In this document: positions 8,156 through 18,028 of the stretch, one piece after another
Numbering within the stretch: the stretch's first letter is position 1
Layout: each line of letters begins with the position of its first letter
Source of the DNA: a virus
IMG/VR virus record: IMGVR_UViG_3300008216_000011
Span: 7,602 to 71,601 of that record
DNA: 64,000 nt
Strand: one strand, 5' to 3'
Notes under the pieces: model-generated
The model's database searches: none
Told to the model about the DNA's origin: nothing
What the model saw: only the letters and a program-made list of their open reading frames with translations
Made by a program: the position numbers and the translations under genes

Positions 8156-10571
8156 TGAAGCTTATGAAGCAACTTTAAAGTATTTTAGTGGCGATGAATT
8201 AGCAGCTAACGTTTTTATTACAAAATACTGCTTGAGAAACAAGGACGGTGAGTTTTTAGAAAAAACACCAGATGATATGCATGAGAGAATGGCCTCTGAG
8301 TTCGCGCGGATTGAGGAAAAATTTCATAAGGATGGCTCTTCTTCCTCGATGTCAAAAAAGAAGATTCTCTCTTACTTAAAAAACTTTAAATATATTGTCC
8401 CTCAAGGATCGCCTATGATGGGAATAGGAAACAATCATGTTAATGTATCTCTTTCTAACTGTGTCGTTATCGAGCCTCCTGCAGACAGTGTTTCGTCCAT
8501 TATGGACGCTGGTAAGCATCTTGCTAACTTGTTCAAGCGTCGCTGTGGCGTTGGTATTGATCTTTCTCATTTGCGTCCCGAGGGTGCTCCCGTTAACAAC
8601 TCTGCTCGCACTACTACTGGGGCTTGGAGTTTTGCTGATTTCTATTCATATGTTTGCCGTATGATCGGCCAAAATGGCCGACGCGGAGCATTGATGATCA
8701 CAATGGATATCCGTCATCCCGATATCGAGAGTTTTATCACCATGAAAAGGGATTTGACGAAAGTCACCGGCGCGAATGTCTCTGTTAAAATAAGTGATGA
8801 CTTCATGAGGGCCGTAGAGAACAAAGAAACATTTACACTGCAGTTCCCAATCGACAGTGAAGAACCAACGGCAACAAAGGAGGTTCTAGCGGAAGATGTA
8901 TGGAATATGATCATCGAGTCTGCAACAGCCACTGCGGAACCCGGGATCTTGATGTGGGACAATATTGTAAACAATTTACCGGCGCACTCTTATTCCGAGA
9001 GTGGCTTTAAAACAGTTTGCACCAATCCGTGCGGGGAAATACCCCTCTCTGCTTATGATAGTTGTCGGCTGATATCTATCAACTTAAAGAATATGGTAAA
9101 GAATCCGTTTAGTGACAAATCAAAGTTCGATTTTAAGAAGTTGAGGGAGGTAGTCACCGTTGGCATGCGCCTCTCTGACGATCTGGTGGAATTGGAGCTT
9201 GAGAAACTAGAGAGTATCCACCAGTGCACCGACACAGAGGATGAAAAGGAGATGTGGTCTAAGCTGCTTAAAGCCGCCCGCGACGGCCGCCGAACTGGTA
9301 TGGGAACCCATGGCTTAGCTGACGCCATTGCTCGTCTGGGCCTGAAATACGATTCCGCTGCAGCAATTGCCGTTATCGAGAAGATCTACGAAACACTACG
9401 CAACTCAGCGTACTCGGAAAGTATATCTCTGGCCCGTGATCGCGGCTCCTTCCCGGTGTTCGACTGGGAGCTAGAAAAAGAAAATAGATTTATCAGTCGA
9501 CTACCAGAAGAGCTGCAAAACTCTTTATCGACCCATGGGCGTCGAAACATATCAATTTTGACAAACGCCCCAACCGGCTCTGTGTCTATATTATCCCAGA
9601 CTAGTTCTGGGCTAGAACCCGTCTTCCGTAATTGGTATATTCGTCGTCGTAAACTTTCTCACGATGAGCAGGACGTTGTGCCAGATTTCGTAGATGAGAT
9701 GGACGATAAGTGGGCTGAATACAGAATATTCCATCATAACGTGCAGGAGTATCTAGAGCTTTTCGGAACAGATAAGATACCAGAGTTCTTTGTAGAATCA
9801 GACCAGATTGATGGTATGCAGAGGATCGCAATTCAAGAAGCAATTCAGAAGAGTATCGACCATAGTATTAGTTCTACAATCAACCTTCCAAAAGAAACAA
9901 ATCCAGAAACTGTAGGAGCGTTGTATTTAGAGGGTTGGCGCCGCGGCCTCAAAGGAATAACTGTATATGTAGAAGGATCCCGCACCGGAGTGCTGATATC
10001 AAACTCGGAAAATAAGAAAGAGGAGTTCCCACAGCATACAGCGCCAAAACGACCTTTTGAGCTTCCGTGTGATATTCACCATACTACGATTCAGGGAGAA
10101 AAGTGGGTTATAATGGTAGGCTTGATGGACGGGAGACCGTATGAGGTTATGGGAGGTCTCTCTAATCTTATCGAAATTCCAAGATCCAAAGCAGAGGGGG
10201 TTTTGATGAAACACCCCAGGAAAACCATGAATTCCGTATATGATTTGCAGATCGGCACTAATGGAGAGACTGTAATTATTAAAGACTTAGTGAAAGCATT
10301 TGATAACCCTAATCACTCGGCATTTACCAGAGTAATTTCTCTCGGCTTGCGTCATGGTGCCAATATTCAATATGTGGTTGAGCAGCTGCAGAAGGATCGA
10401 GACAGTGACATGTTTAGTTTTGCTAGGTGTGTTGCAAGGGTCCTAAAAAGTTATATCCCAGATGGCCAAGCCGCCACCGAAAAAACTTGTCCCGAGTGTA
10501 GTACAGAGGGGTTAGTATACGTGGAAGGTTGCGTGACTTGTAGGAACTGCGGATTCTCTAAGTGCGGATAA
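8139..10571 (+). CDS. nrdJ: Class II (adenosylcobalamin-dependent) ribonucleotide reductase
   Basis: SLSNC, NPCGEI, APTGSVS, C-terminal CPEC..CRNC Zn ribbon; no beta-subunit gene adjacent. Confidence 0.88.
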   Translation: MKYTHNEAYEATLKYFSGDELAANVFITKYCLRNKDGEFLEKTPDDMHERMASEFARIEEKFHKDGSSSSMSKKKILSYLKNFKYIVPQGSPMMGIGNNHVNVSLSNCVVIEPPADSVSSIMDAGKHLANLFKRRCGVGIDLSHLRPEGAPVNNSARTTTGAWSFADFYSYVCRMIGQNGRRGALMITMDIRHPDIESFITMKRDLTKVTGANVSVKISDDFMRAVENKETFTLQFPIDSEEPTATKEVLAEDVWNMIIESATATAEPGILMWDNIVNNLPAHSYSESGFKTVCTNPCGEIPLSAYDSCRLISINLKNMVKNPFSDKSKFDFKKLREVVTVGMRLSDDLVELELEKLESIHQCTDTEDEKEMWSKLLKAARDGRRTGMGTHGLADAIARLGLKYDSAAAIAVIEKIYETLRNSAYSESISLARDRGSFPVFDWELEKENRFISRLPEELQNSLSTHGRRNISILTNAPTGSVSILSQTSSGLEPVFRNWYIRRRKLSHDEQDVVPDFVDEMDDKWAEYRIFHHNVQEYLELFGTDKIPEFFVESDQIDGMQRIAIQEAIQKSIDHSISSTINLPKETNPETVGALYLEGWRRGLKGITVYVEGSRTGVLISNSENKKEEFPQHTAPKRPFELPCDIHHTTIQGEKWVIMVGLMDGRPYEVMGGLSNLIEIPRSKAEGVLMKHPRKTMNSVYDLQIGTNGETVIIKDLVKAFDNPNHSAFTRVISLGLRHGANIQYVVEQLQKDRDSDMFSFARCVARVLKSYIPDGQAATEKTCPECSTEGLVYVEGCVTCRNCGFSKCG

Positions 10572-10585
10572 TAGAAACAAACCAC

Positions 10586-10628
10586 TTGACTTCTTTGCCC
10601 TTACGAGTTATACTGTAGGGGCATTTTA
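10586..10628 (+). promoter_or_regulatory. sigma70-type promoter embedded in a terminator-like hairpin
   Basis: TTGACT-17-TATACT; the -10 box lies in the loop of TGCCCTTAC/GTAGGGGCA followed by TTTT. Confidence 0.6.
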
Positions 10629-10644
10629 GTTTGAGGAGAAAAAA

Positions 10645-10929
10645 ATGAACTTTGCACCAGTGAATAAGAACCTGTTACTTAAGGTTGAAGAAGAAGAGGA
10701 AACACTTGAAGCGCCAATTGGTGGCATTTTATTGCCAACTGATTATAGGCCGGCCCACAAGCCATATACTTTTGCAACTTTAGTTGCATGCGCAGATGAT
10801 TCTTCTTTTGCGATGGACGTTGGAAAGACTTTTGTTGTAGAGTCTCAAATGATCCGCGAGATTGAATACGATGGAGAGTTATTTCATACAATAACTGAAA
10901 GTCATGTCATCGGGTTCCTTCGGGAGTAA
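10645..10929 (+). CDS. GroES-like co-chaperonin
   Basis: 94 aa; FAPVNKNLLL, GGILLP mobile-loop-like segment, ITESHVIG C-terminus; groEL present in window. Confidence 0.65.
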   Translation: MNFAPVNKNLLLKVEEEEETLEAPIGGILLPTDYRPAHKPYTFATLVACADDSSFAMDVGKTFVVESQMIREIEYDGELFHTITESHVIGFLRE

Positions 10930-11759
10930 TGAGATCGCACACATACAAGCTTGAAGAACTAGTTATAGGCTATGGCCTAAATGCAATCTTGTATGCGTAT
11001 CTAAACAATTCAACAATCTTAATTAATGGCTCTCAGAAGCCGTTCAGATTCGATCTATGGGAGGGCAAGCAGAAGGCAGATATTTGGTCTGAAAAACTGT
11101 TTGCTCTCTCTTTGATTGGAAAATGCCCACTAGCCGATAAGGTCGATTCCATAAGAGTCGAAGATGGCCAAGTTAGCGTCATGACGAAAAATCTACGTCA
11201 AATAAAGATCGGATTTGAGAAACTTAGAATATTTGATGGGGATTCTGTTGAGGGTCTAGATTTCACCGAGAAGATAGAACAATACAGGGTTTTTGATTGG
11301 TTTAATGTACGTTCTGGCATGCGCCACGAGTTCGACAAAATAGAGACTATATCAAATTTTGTTAAATGCATACATTTCTACCCATCAGATCGGCTGGATG
11401 GCAATCACCTAGACAAGAAAGATCTTGTTACTGAATCCTTTATCGATATATCAAATATTGACGATTTTGACGTTTCATCCACGGTCGCTCGCCTTAAAAC
11501 GCTAGCGACAATGAAAGAGAATGGCATAAAAGGCACCAGAAACGGCAGGTCCATGGAAGATCCAACCAAGTACAAACATTACGCTCTCAAAATAGAGTAT
11601 GATCGACGCGAGAAATATAAGAATAAAAGATTATTTGTGACAGGAGACTTGCCAAAGGGAGTTAAATTTGATATAACTAATGAGAGCGTTTTGTTGTCCC
11701 AGTTAGCCGACAAGACACATACTTCAAAAGTTGAGAGGCAACTAATACTTGGAAAGTAA
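10929..11759 (+). CDS. Hypothetical protein, degenerate Rossmann-like N-terminus
   Basis: LVIGYGLNAILYA resembles a GxGxxA dinucleotide-binding start. Confidence 0.5.
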   Translation: MRSHTYKLEELVIGYGLNAILYAYLNNSTILINGSQKPFRFDLWEGKQKADIWSEKLFALSLIGKCPLADKVDSIRVEDGQVSVMTKNLRQIKIGFEKLRIFDGDSVEGLDFTEKIEQYRVFDWFNVRSGMRHEFDKIETISNFVKCIHFYPSDRLDGNHLDKKDLVTESFIDISNIDDFDVSSTVARLKTLATMKENGIKGTRNGRSMEDPTKYKHYALKIEYDRREKYKNKRLFVTGDLPKGVKFDITNESVLLSQLADKTHTSKVERQLILGK

Positions 11760-12651
11760 TACAGAAAATCTTAATACTTTTCATTTGTCAGGAATTATCC
11801 CTGTCAGTGGAATAGCCACCGACTTCGGCTTCGAATGGTCAGATTGTCTGATGCCAATTGGAGCCAACTACACGGCCGTCGAACGCGCCGTGGTTGAGTG
11901 TGCCTACGCCGGCTGTGAAAACATATGGATCGTCGCTGACGACGACGTTAGCCCTCTTCTGCGACACAGACTAGGAGACTACTTGCAGGATCCGCATTCC
12001 ATGAAGAAAGCGGCCTTCACTAAGTTTCCAGCTTCTAACTGGAGATCTATACCGATATATTACGTTCCAATTAACCCCAAAGACCGCGGCAAGATTGACT
12101 GCTATGGGTGGAGCATTCTGTATGGGGCTATGACCGCATATCACATTTGCCGCAGGTTTAGCCGGTGGACAATCCCAGACCGGTATTACGTCGCCTTCCC
12201 TCTTTCAGTGTATAGTCCGTGGATTCCGGAAAAACACCGAACTGCGATATCGAGCAAAAAGCCCTTCTACCTATCAAAAGGTGGAAAAACCATCAAAGAT
12301 GGAGAGATGCTTGGTTTTACATTTAATGGTGAAGATTTTAAGAGATTCCGAAAAGTTTTACGCGATAATTCTCGTGCCTATACCGCAAACAACCTAGTTG
12401 ACGGGAAATATCCACAAGAAAAGCTGCCGCCTGAAAAAACATACATTTCTCGCAACTTTACCCTTGACAGGGTTTTTGAATCAGCTATAATTAAGGAGTC
12501 TGAAGTTGTAGAGCTTCCATGGCAATACGATATAGTAGATTGGGAAGGTTATTGTAAGTTCTTAGGATCTCCCGAAAGAGCGAAAATAAAACGACCGTCT
12601 AAGAAGACTTTAAGCTTTCATAAATTGAACAAAATAGGAGAAGATGAATGA
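11749..12651 (+). CDS. Divergent sugar-nucleotidyltransferase-fold protein
   Basis: GIIPVSG...CLMPIG...AVERAVVECAYAGCENIWIV resembles an NTP_transferase N-terminus, without the canonical GxGTR. Confidence 0.5.
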   Translation: MESNTENLNTFHLSGIIPVSGIATDFGFEWSDCLMPIGANYTAVERAVVECAYAGCENIWIVADDDVSPLLRHRLGDYLQDPHSMKKAAFTKFPASNWRSIPIYYVPINPKDRGKIDCYGWSILYGAMTAYHICRRFSRWTIPDRYYVAFPLSVYSPWIPEKHRTAISSKKPFYLSKGGKTIKDGEMLGFTFNGEDFKRFRKVLRDNSRAYTANNLVDGKYPQEKLPPEKTYISRNFTLDRVFESAIIKESEVVELPWQYDIVDWEGYCKFLGSPERAKIKRPSKKTLSFHKLNKIGEDE

Positions 12652-15600
12652 GCGAAGAAAACAACAGGGTAAAGTCAAAGATTCCATTCGTTGGCCTGCA
12701 TGCACACAGTGTGGCGGGGTCAATATTTGATGCAATTGGTTTCCCGCCCGAACACATGGATTTTGCATATCAGAATGGCTCAGAGGCCCTAGCACTGACA
12801 GACCACGGCAATATGAACGGTTTCAGTCATCAGATTCTCCACGCCAAAAAGATGAAAGCGGAAGGGCGCGACTTTAAGCCAATCTTTGGATGTGAAGCCT
12901 ATTTTCTGCCGAGTGTGGCCGAGTGGCAAGAGGACTATGATCGCATTCGCGAAGAAACGAAAAAGAAGAGCCAGCTAAATAGCGAACTCAGCGGCGCCAC
13001 CGTTGAATCGGAAGGCGAAAGCAAAAAGGCAATAAAGAACATTCTAAACCGACGGCGCCACCTAGTTTTGTTGGCAATGAACCAGACCGGCCTAAATAAT
13101 CTCTTTAAGCTTATTTCAGAGAGTTACCGTTCCGAAAATTTCTATCGATATCCGCGAATCGACTATTCTCTTTTAGAGAAGTACAGCGAGGGGGTCATCG
13201 CCTCTTCTGCCTGTTTGGGTGGAGTTTACGCTGGAAACTATTGGGAGAATCGAGACGACGGAGAAGAGGCTGTCCTAGAGGCAATGAGGGAAACTACTCG
13301 CCGAATGGTTGACATCTTCGGGGACAGGTGGTTTGCCGAATTACAATGGAACTCAGTTCCGGAGCAACATGATCTGAACAAGTACATTATTAAGATGCAT
13401 GAGGAGTTCGGAGTCGAACTGATTTCGACTGCAGACAGTCATTATCCCGATCCGGATGCCTGGAAGGATCGTGAGCTTTATAAGCGCCTAGGTTGGTTGG
13501 GCCGCGGCACCCCTGACTGGATGGAGGATACTAGCCTGCCCCCGGGGGTCGAGGAGATCGGGTATGAATTATATCCGAAGAACGGCGATCAAATGTGGGC
13601 ATCCTTCAAACAGTATGCAGCTGCAGCCAACGAGACATACGACGAGGATATGGTTCTTAAGTCTATCACAAACACTCACGACATCGCAATGAATCGCATT
13701 GAGGATTTCGAACCGGACACAACAGTTCGACTACCAGATTTCGTTGTACCAGAAGGAGCTACCGCTACTCAGGCACTTACTCGCTTGGCAATCAATGGCC
13801 TCAGGGACTTGGGACTACAGGAAAAAGAAAACTACCTACGCCGACTAAAGATGGAGCTAGGTGTCATCGATGATCGCGGCTTCAGTAAATACTTCTTGAC
13901 GATGAAGGCCATCGCCGACCGCGCAAACACAATTCAATTGACCGGCCCGGGCCGCGGATCCGCAGCAGGTTCCTTGGTCGCATATGCGCTGGGAATAACA
14001 CAGGTTGATCCTATCCGGTGGAATTTGCTGTTCGAAAGATTCTTGCGCAAAGACGCAACTGACTATCCGGATATTGATTACGATGTCGCCGATCCAATGA
14101 AGTTAAAAGAGATTTTAATTGAAGAGTGGGGTGAAAACACCGTAGTACCGATTTCGAATTGGAACACGCTGCAGCTGCGCAGTTTAATTAAGGATATTTC
14201 AAAGTTTTACGGAGTTCCGTTTACAGAGGTCAATCCCGTAACTAGTAGAATGATCAGAGAGGCCACCCCGGCCGCTAAGAAGAAGCATAATATTAAGAGT
14301 GGAGTCTACAATCCAACATGGCAAGAGGTCATGGAATTTAGCTCATCGCTTAAGAGCTTCCTGGCGAAATACCCACACATCAAGACCCACGTTGAAATGT
14401 TGGTTGGACAGGTTCGCTCCTGTAGCCGCCACGCCGGCGGAGTTGTTATTGCGGAAAACCTAGACGAATGTATGCCGCTAATTAACTCCGGAGGTGTGAG
14501 ACAGACTCCGTGGTCTGAGGGCCAGAATGTCCGCCACTTGGAGCCGCTAGGTTTTATCAAATTTGATATTTTAGGACTGGCATCTCTTCGTATGATCCAG
14601 GGTGCGATTAAACATGTTCTCAAGCGCCATGAGGGGGTAGAAAATCCAACATTTGAAGACGTTAAGAAGTTTTACGAAACTAGGCTCCATCCGGACGCTA
14701 TCGACTTCGAAGACAAAAAGGTTTACCATAACGTCTTCCACAAAGGCAATTGGGCCGGAATCTTCCAGTTTACTGAGGGGGGCTCTCAGAGGTTCTGTAA
14801 GAACGCAAAGCCAACTAATCTGATTGACTTGGCTTCAATTACTTCAATCTATCGCCCGGGCCCATTGGGCGCGAAGGTGGACAAGGCCTTTGTTGAGGCA
14901 AAGAAAAACCCGGAGGATGTACACTACATCAACGACACCGTACGCGAGATTACAGAGGAGTCATACGGCTTTTTGATCTTTCAGGAACAGATCGCAATGT
15001 TGGCCCACAAGCTAGGCAAGAATCTGTCTCTAGATGAGGGGAACCTTTTGCGGAAGGTGCTAACAAAGAAGGGTACCGGGAAAGACAGCGTAAAGCAGAA
15101 CATCTATAAGAAGTTTATGGCCGGCTGCAGCGAAAAGGCAATGAGGACGACAACTGCTCAAAAGCTTTGGGATACGTTTGAATACTTCTCAGGATATGGT
15201 TTTAACAAATCACATGCGGTTTCTTATTCGATCTTGTCATTCCAGTGTGCTTGGCTGTTGACATACTACCCTGCTGAGTGGATGGCTGCATTCTTGGACA
15301 AAGAGCCAGAATCTCGCAAGGAACGCGCCATCAATATCGCCAAGAACTATGGCTTTAATATTCAGGAGGTTGATATTGGACATTCCGGCCGCGTTTGGGA
15401 AATTTCGGATGATGGAAACACCCTGATTCAGCCCTTGAGTTCGATTAAGGGACTAGGCGAGACTGCGATTGAACAGATTGTTAATAATCGACCGTTTAAT
15501 GATGTTGAAGAATTCTTGTTTAATGAGAATATTGTTTATAGTAAACTTAACAAGAAAGCTCTGAGTGTCTTGGTCAGATCGGGTGCGCTGTCCTCACTGA

Positions 15601-16091
15601 AGGATGAAAGGTTCACTGGTAATAAGCATTTCTGGTCTGCAATTGCGCTAGAGAGACCAAAGAACAAAAAGAAGCTGCGAGAGAACATAGACATGTATGC
15701 TCCGGAGGGAGAGTTCACAGAAGAGGAGACGATCCAGAATATTGTTTCCTTGACAGGAGTTTTCCCAATGAACCGGGTTATGGAATCTGGAATTCGCGAG
15801 AGGCTAGCCGAATTGTACGTCCCGCCAATCTCCCAGTTCGATCCGGATCTTCAGCTAGCTTGGTTCATTCCTCGCGAAATAATTCCAAAGAAAACAAAGA
15901 ATGGTAAAGATTATTGGATTCTCCGCGTTATTGACGACAAGGCGGCGGTTACAAGTATTAAATGTTGGGGTGTTCGTCCCGAGAAGGATGTGGTACACTT
16001 AAATCGGCCATACATGAGCCGACTAGATTACGATCCGGACTGGGGATTCTCAACAAGATCAATTCGTCATAATTTTAGACTACTAGGATAG
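12648..16091 (+). CDS. dnaE: DNA polymerase III alpha subunit (family C)
   Basis: PHP HAHS/LTDHG, GRGSAAGSL, PDIDYD, HAGGVVI, KFDILGL, YGFNKSHA. Confidence 0.95.
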   Translation: MSEENNRVKSKIPFVGLHAHSVAGSIFDAIGFPPEHMDFAYQNGSEALALTDHGNMNGFSHQILHAKKMKAEGRDFKPIFGCEAYFLPSVAEWQEDYDRIREETKKKSQLNSELSGATVESEGESKKAIKNILNRRRHLVLLAMNQTGLNNLFKLISESYRSENFYRYPRIDYSLLEKYSEGVIASSACLGGVYAGNYWENRDDGEEAVLEAMRETTRRMVDIFGDRWFAELQWNSVPEQHDLNKYIIKMHEEFGVELISTADSHYPDPDAWKDRELYKRLGWLGRGTPDWMEDTSLPPGVEEIGYELYPKNGDQMWASFKQYAAAANETYDEDMVLKSITNTHDIAMNRIEDFEPDTTVRLPDFVVPEGATATQALTRLAINGLRDLGLQEKENYLRRLKMELGVIDDRGFSKYFLTMKAIADRANTIQLTGPGRGSAAGSLVAYALGITQVDPIRWNLLFERFLRKDATDYPDIDYDVADPMKLKEILIEEWGENTVVPISNWNTLQLRSLIKDISKFYGVPFTEVNPVTSRMIREATPAAKKKHNIKSGVYNPTWQEVMEFSSSLKSFLAKYPHIKTHVEMLVGQVRSCSRHAGGVVIAENLDECMPLINSGGVRQTPWSEGQNVRHLEPLGFIKFDILGLASLRMIQGAIKHVLKRHEGVENPTFEDVKKFYETRLHPDAIDFEDKKVYHNVFHKGNWAGIFQFTEGGSQRFCKNAKPTNLIDLASITSIYRPGPLGAKVDKAFVEAKKNPEDVHYINDTVREITEESYGFLIFQEQIAMLAHKLGKNLSLDEGNLLRKVLTKKGTGKDSVKQNIYKKFMAGCSEKAMRTTTAQKLWDTFEYFSGYGFNKSHAVSYSILSFQCAWLLTYYPAEWMAAFLDKEPESRKERAINIAKNYGFNIQEVDIGHSGRVWEISDDGNTLIQPLSSIKGLGETAIEQIVNNRPFNDVEEFLFNENIVYSKLNKKALSVLVRSGALSSLKDERFTGNKHFWSAIALERPKNKKKLRENIDMYAPEGEFTEEETIQNIVSLTGVFPMNRVMESGIRERLAELYVPPISQFDPDLQLAWFIPREIIPKKTKNGKDYWILRVIDDKAAVTSIKCWGVRPEKDVVHLNRPYMSRLDYDPDWGFSTRSIRHNFRLLG

Positions 16092-16105
16092 AAAGGAAAA
16101 GTAAA

Positions 16106-16261
16106 ATGGCTAGAAGAATAAAGACAACGACAGGAAGAAGTGATAAGGCAAATAAGAAGAAAAGCGCGCAGGGTTGCGGCAAGTTCACTAAGTGGCGACG
16201 CCCCGGCCCCAACGGCGGAAACAAGAAATACCGCAAGAAGTATAGGGGACAAGGACGATGA
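16106..16261 (+). CDS. Small very basic protein ending KKYRGQGR (not in ORF track)
   Basis: 51 aa MARRIKTTTGRS...KKYRKKYRGQGR; AAGGA SD; stop overlaps the next ATG. Confidence 0.65.
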   Translation: MARRIKTTTGRSDKANKKKSAQGCGKFTKWRRPGPNGGNKKYRKKYRGQGR

Positions 16262-16452
16262 TCGCTGACATAATTGTCGACCTACAATATGGTGATTGCG
16301 GGAAGGGCAAGGTAACTCACCACCTTCTACGTACTTTGAAATATACTCACTGTATTCGCTATAACGGCGGGTGCAATGCTGGCCACACTATCTTCCATGA
16401 AGGCAAGAAGTTTGTGACACATCAAAAAACTATGGTTTATGCTGTGTTGTAA
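16258..16452 (+). pseudogene. purA: 5' fragment of adenylosuccinate synthetase (truncated purA copy)
   Basis: YGDCGKGKV...RYNGGCNAGHT aligns to the first ~56 aa of the downstream PurA, then diverges and stops. Confidence 0.8.
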
Positions 16453-16480
16453 TACTATATATTATAGGAGGTATTGAAAG

Positions 16481-17026
16481 ATGAACTATAAAATCTGCAA
16501 AACCTGTAATATTGAGAAACCTGCCAAGGACTACTATAAACAACAGGGCGGAATGTTGGGTGTCAAAGCCCACTGTAAAGAATGTTATACTCGCATCCGC
16601 GCTCGGAACAAGTCTGAGGCTACGCGAGAAAGAAATAGGATTCGACAGCGACAATATTATAGAGACAACACTGAGCTTTTAGTAGCGAAGCAGAAAGAGT
16701 ATTACGAGAATAACAAAGATAAGGTAAAGGAATACCGTAAGCGGCCGCTTGTTCGATATAAGAAATATATTCGGGGCGCCGAAGAGAGAGGGCTCGACTT
16801 CTCTCTTACCGAACAGGAGTTTCTGTCGTTTTGGCAAAAAGAGTGTTACTATTGTGGCGCCATACCAGAAACCATAGGGATTGATAGAATGAGAAATGAA
16901 GAAGGATATAGTTTGGACAATGTAGTTGCATGCTGCAAAGATTGTAATTTTTTGAAGCACAACTTGACACCAGAGGTCTTTCTTGATAGGATAAAGAAGA
17001 TATACAATTATCAAAATAGGAGTTAG
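16481..17026 (+). CDS. HNH-type (betabetaalpha-metal) homing endonuclease-like protein
   Basis: N-terminal CKTC..CKEC, basic helix, CYYCG...GIDR..NEEGYSLDNVVACCKDCNFLK; GGAGG SD. Confidence 0.8.
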   Translation: MNYKICKTCNIEKPAKDYYKQQGGMLGVKAHCKECYTRIRARNKSEATRERNRIRQRQYYRDNTELLVAKQKEYYENNKDKVKEYRKRPLVRYKKYIRGAEERGLDFSLTEQEFLSFWQKECYYCGAIPETIGIDRMRNEEGYSLDNVVACCKDCNFLKHNLTPEVFLDRIKKIYNYQNRS

Positions 17027-17028
17027 TA

Positions 17029-18027
17029 ATGATAGCAGATATAGTAGTGGGATTGTCTTTTGGAGACGAAGGAAAAGGAAAAGTAACGCATCAGCTTTTA
17101 AAGTCAGGCAAATATACACATTGTCTGCGGTACAACGGGTCTAATAATGCCGGACATACGATTTATCACAAGGGTGAAAAGTTTGTTCTGCATTCTATTC
17201 CTATGGGCGTCTTCTTTGGCGTCAAGTCAATCATCGGCGCAGGATGCGTCGTAAACCTTGAGCAGTTCTTCAGCGAAATCGAAATGCTGGAAGAAGGTGG
17301 CATCCCCACCGAAGGGTTGGTTTGTATTGCCAACAGTGCGCATGTTATAACGGATGAGCACCTAGAGGAAGATGGTAAAGAATTCTCGATTGGCACAACG
17401 AAGAAGGGGAATGGGCCAGCCTACCGCGATAAGTATGCGCGCACCGGAACCCGAGCCGAAGCCGTAGAAGCCTTAAATGATTATACTGTAGATCTGTATA
17501 AAGAACTACATTCTGCCTCTCCCACCGTTGTGCTGCTAGAGGGTGCTCAGGGTTTCGGCCTCGATATTGATTGGGGTGATTACCCATATGTTACATCCAG
17601 TCACTGTACTAGCGCCGGCGCCCTGTTGAATGGGATTCCACCATTCTCTGTAAGAAAGGTTTACGGTGTTGCGAAGGCGTATGAGACATATGTCGGTGCA
17701 AAGAAGTTCGAACCCGATTCTCCTATATTTCAAAAATTGAGAGATGTCGGCAACGAATACGGTGCAACAACCGGCCGGCCCCGGCAATGCAATTGGACAA
17801 ACTTGAGCCTTTTAGAAAAGGCCGCTAAGATCAATGGAATCACTGATCTCATCATAAACAAGGTTGATGTGATGAGGGAGGTGGGCGAGTGGAATCTCAG
17901 GTTTGATGATTCTATGATTACGAGACTTCAAGAGGAAGAAGCTTGGAAGAATTATATAAGATACTTCTTCAACAAAAAGATAAGAAACCTAACAATTTAT
18001 TTTTCAGAAACACCAGAAAGGATATAA
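17029..18027 (+). CDS. purA: Adenylosuccinate synthetase (short form)
   Basis: FGDEGKGK, NAGHT, IGTTKKGNGPAY, EGAQG, YPYVTSS, EYGATTGRPR. Confidence 0.93.
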   Translation: MIADIVVGLSFGDEGKGKVTHQLLKSGKYTHCLRYNGSNNAGHTIYHKGEKFVLHSIPMGVFFGVKSIIGAGCVVNLEQFFSEIEMLEEGGIPTEGLVCIANSAHVITDEHLEEDGKEFSIGTTKKGNGPAYRDKYARTGTRAEAVEALNDYTVDLYKELHSASPTVVLLEGAQGFGLDIDWGDYPYVTSSHCTSAGALLNGIPPFSVRKVYGVAKAYETYVGAKKFEPDSPIFQKLRDVGNEYGATTGRPRQCNWTNLSLLEKAAKINGITDLIINKVDVMREVGEWNLRFDDSMITRLQEEEAWKNYIRYFFNKKIRNLTIYFSETPERI

Positions 18028-18028
18028 A

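Noticed and set aside
16258-17028. Group I intron or intein in purA carrying the HNH
   Set aside because: Only 28 and 2 nt flank the HNH ORF, too little for a ribozyme core, and the downstream purA has its own complete N-terminus.
17029-18027. PurZ (2-aminoadenine genome pathway)
   Set aside because: Retains the PurA catalytic Asp in GDEGKGK (PurZ has Ser there); no DatZ-like gene recognised nearby.
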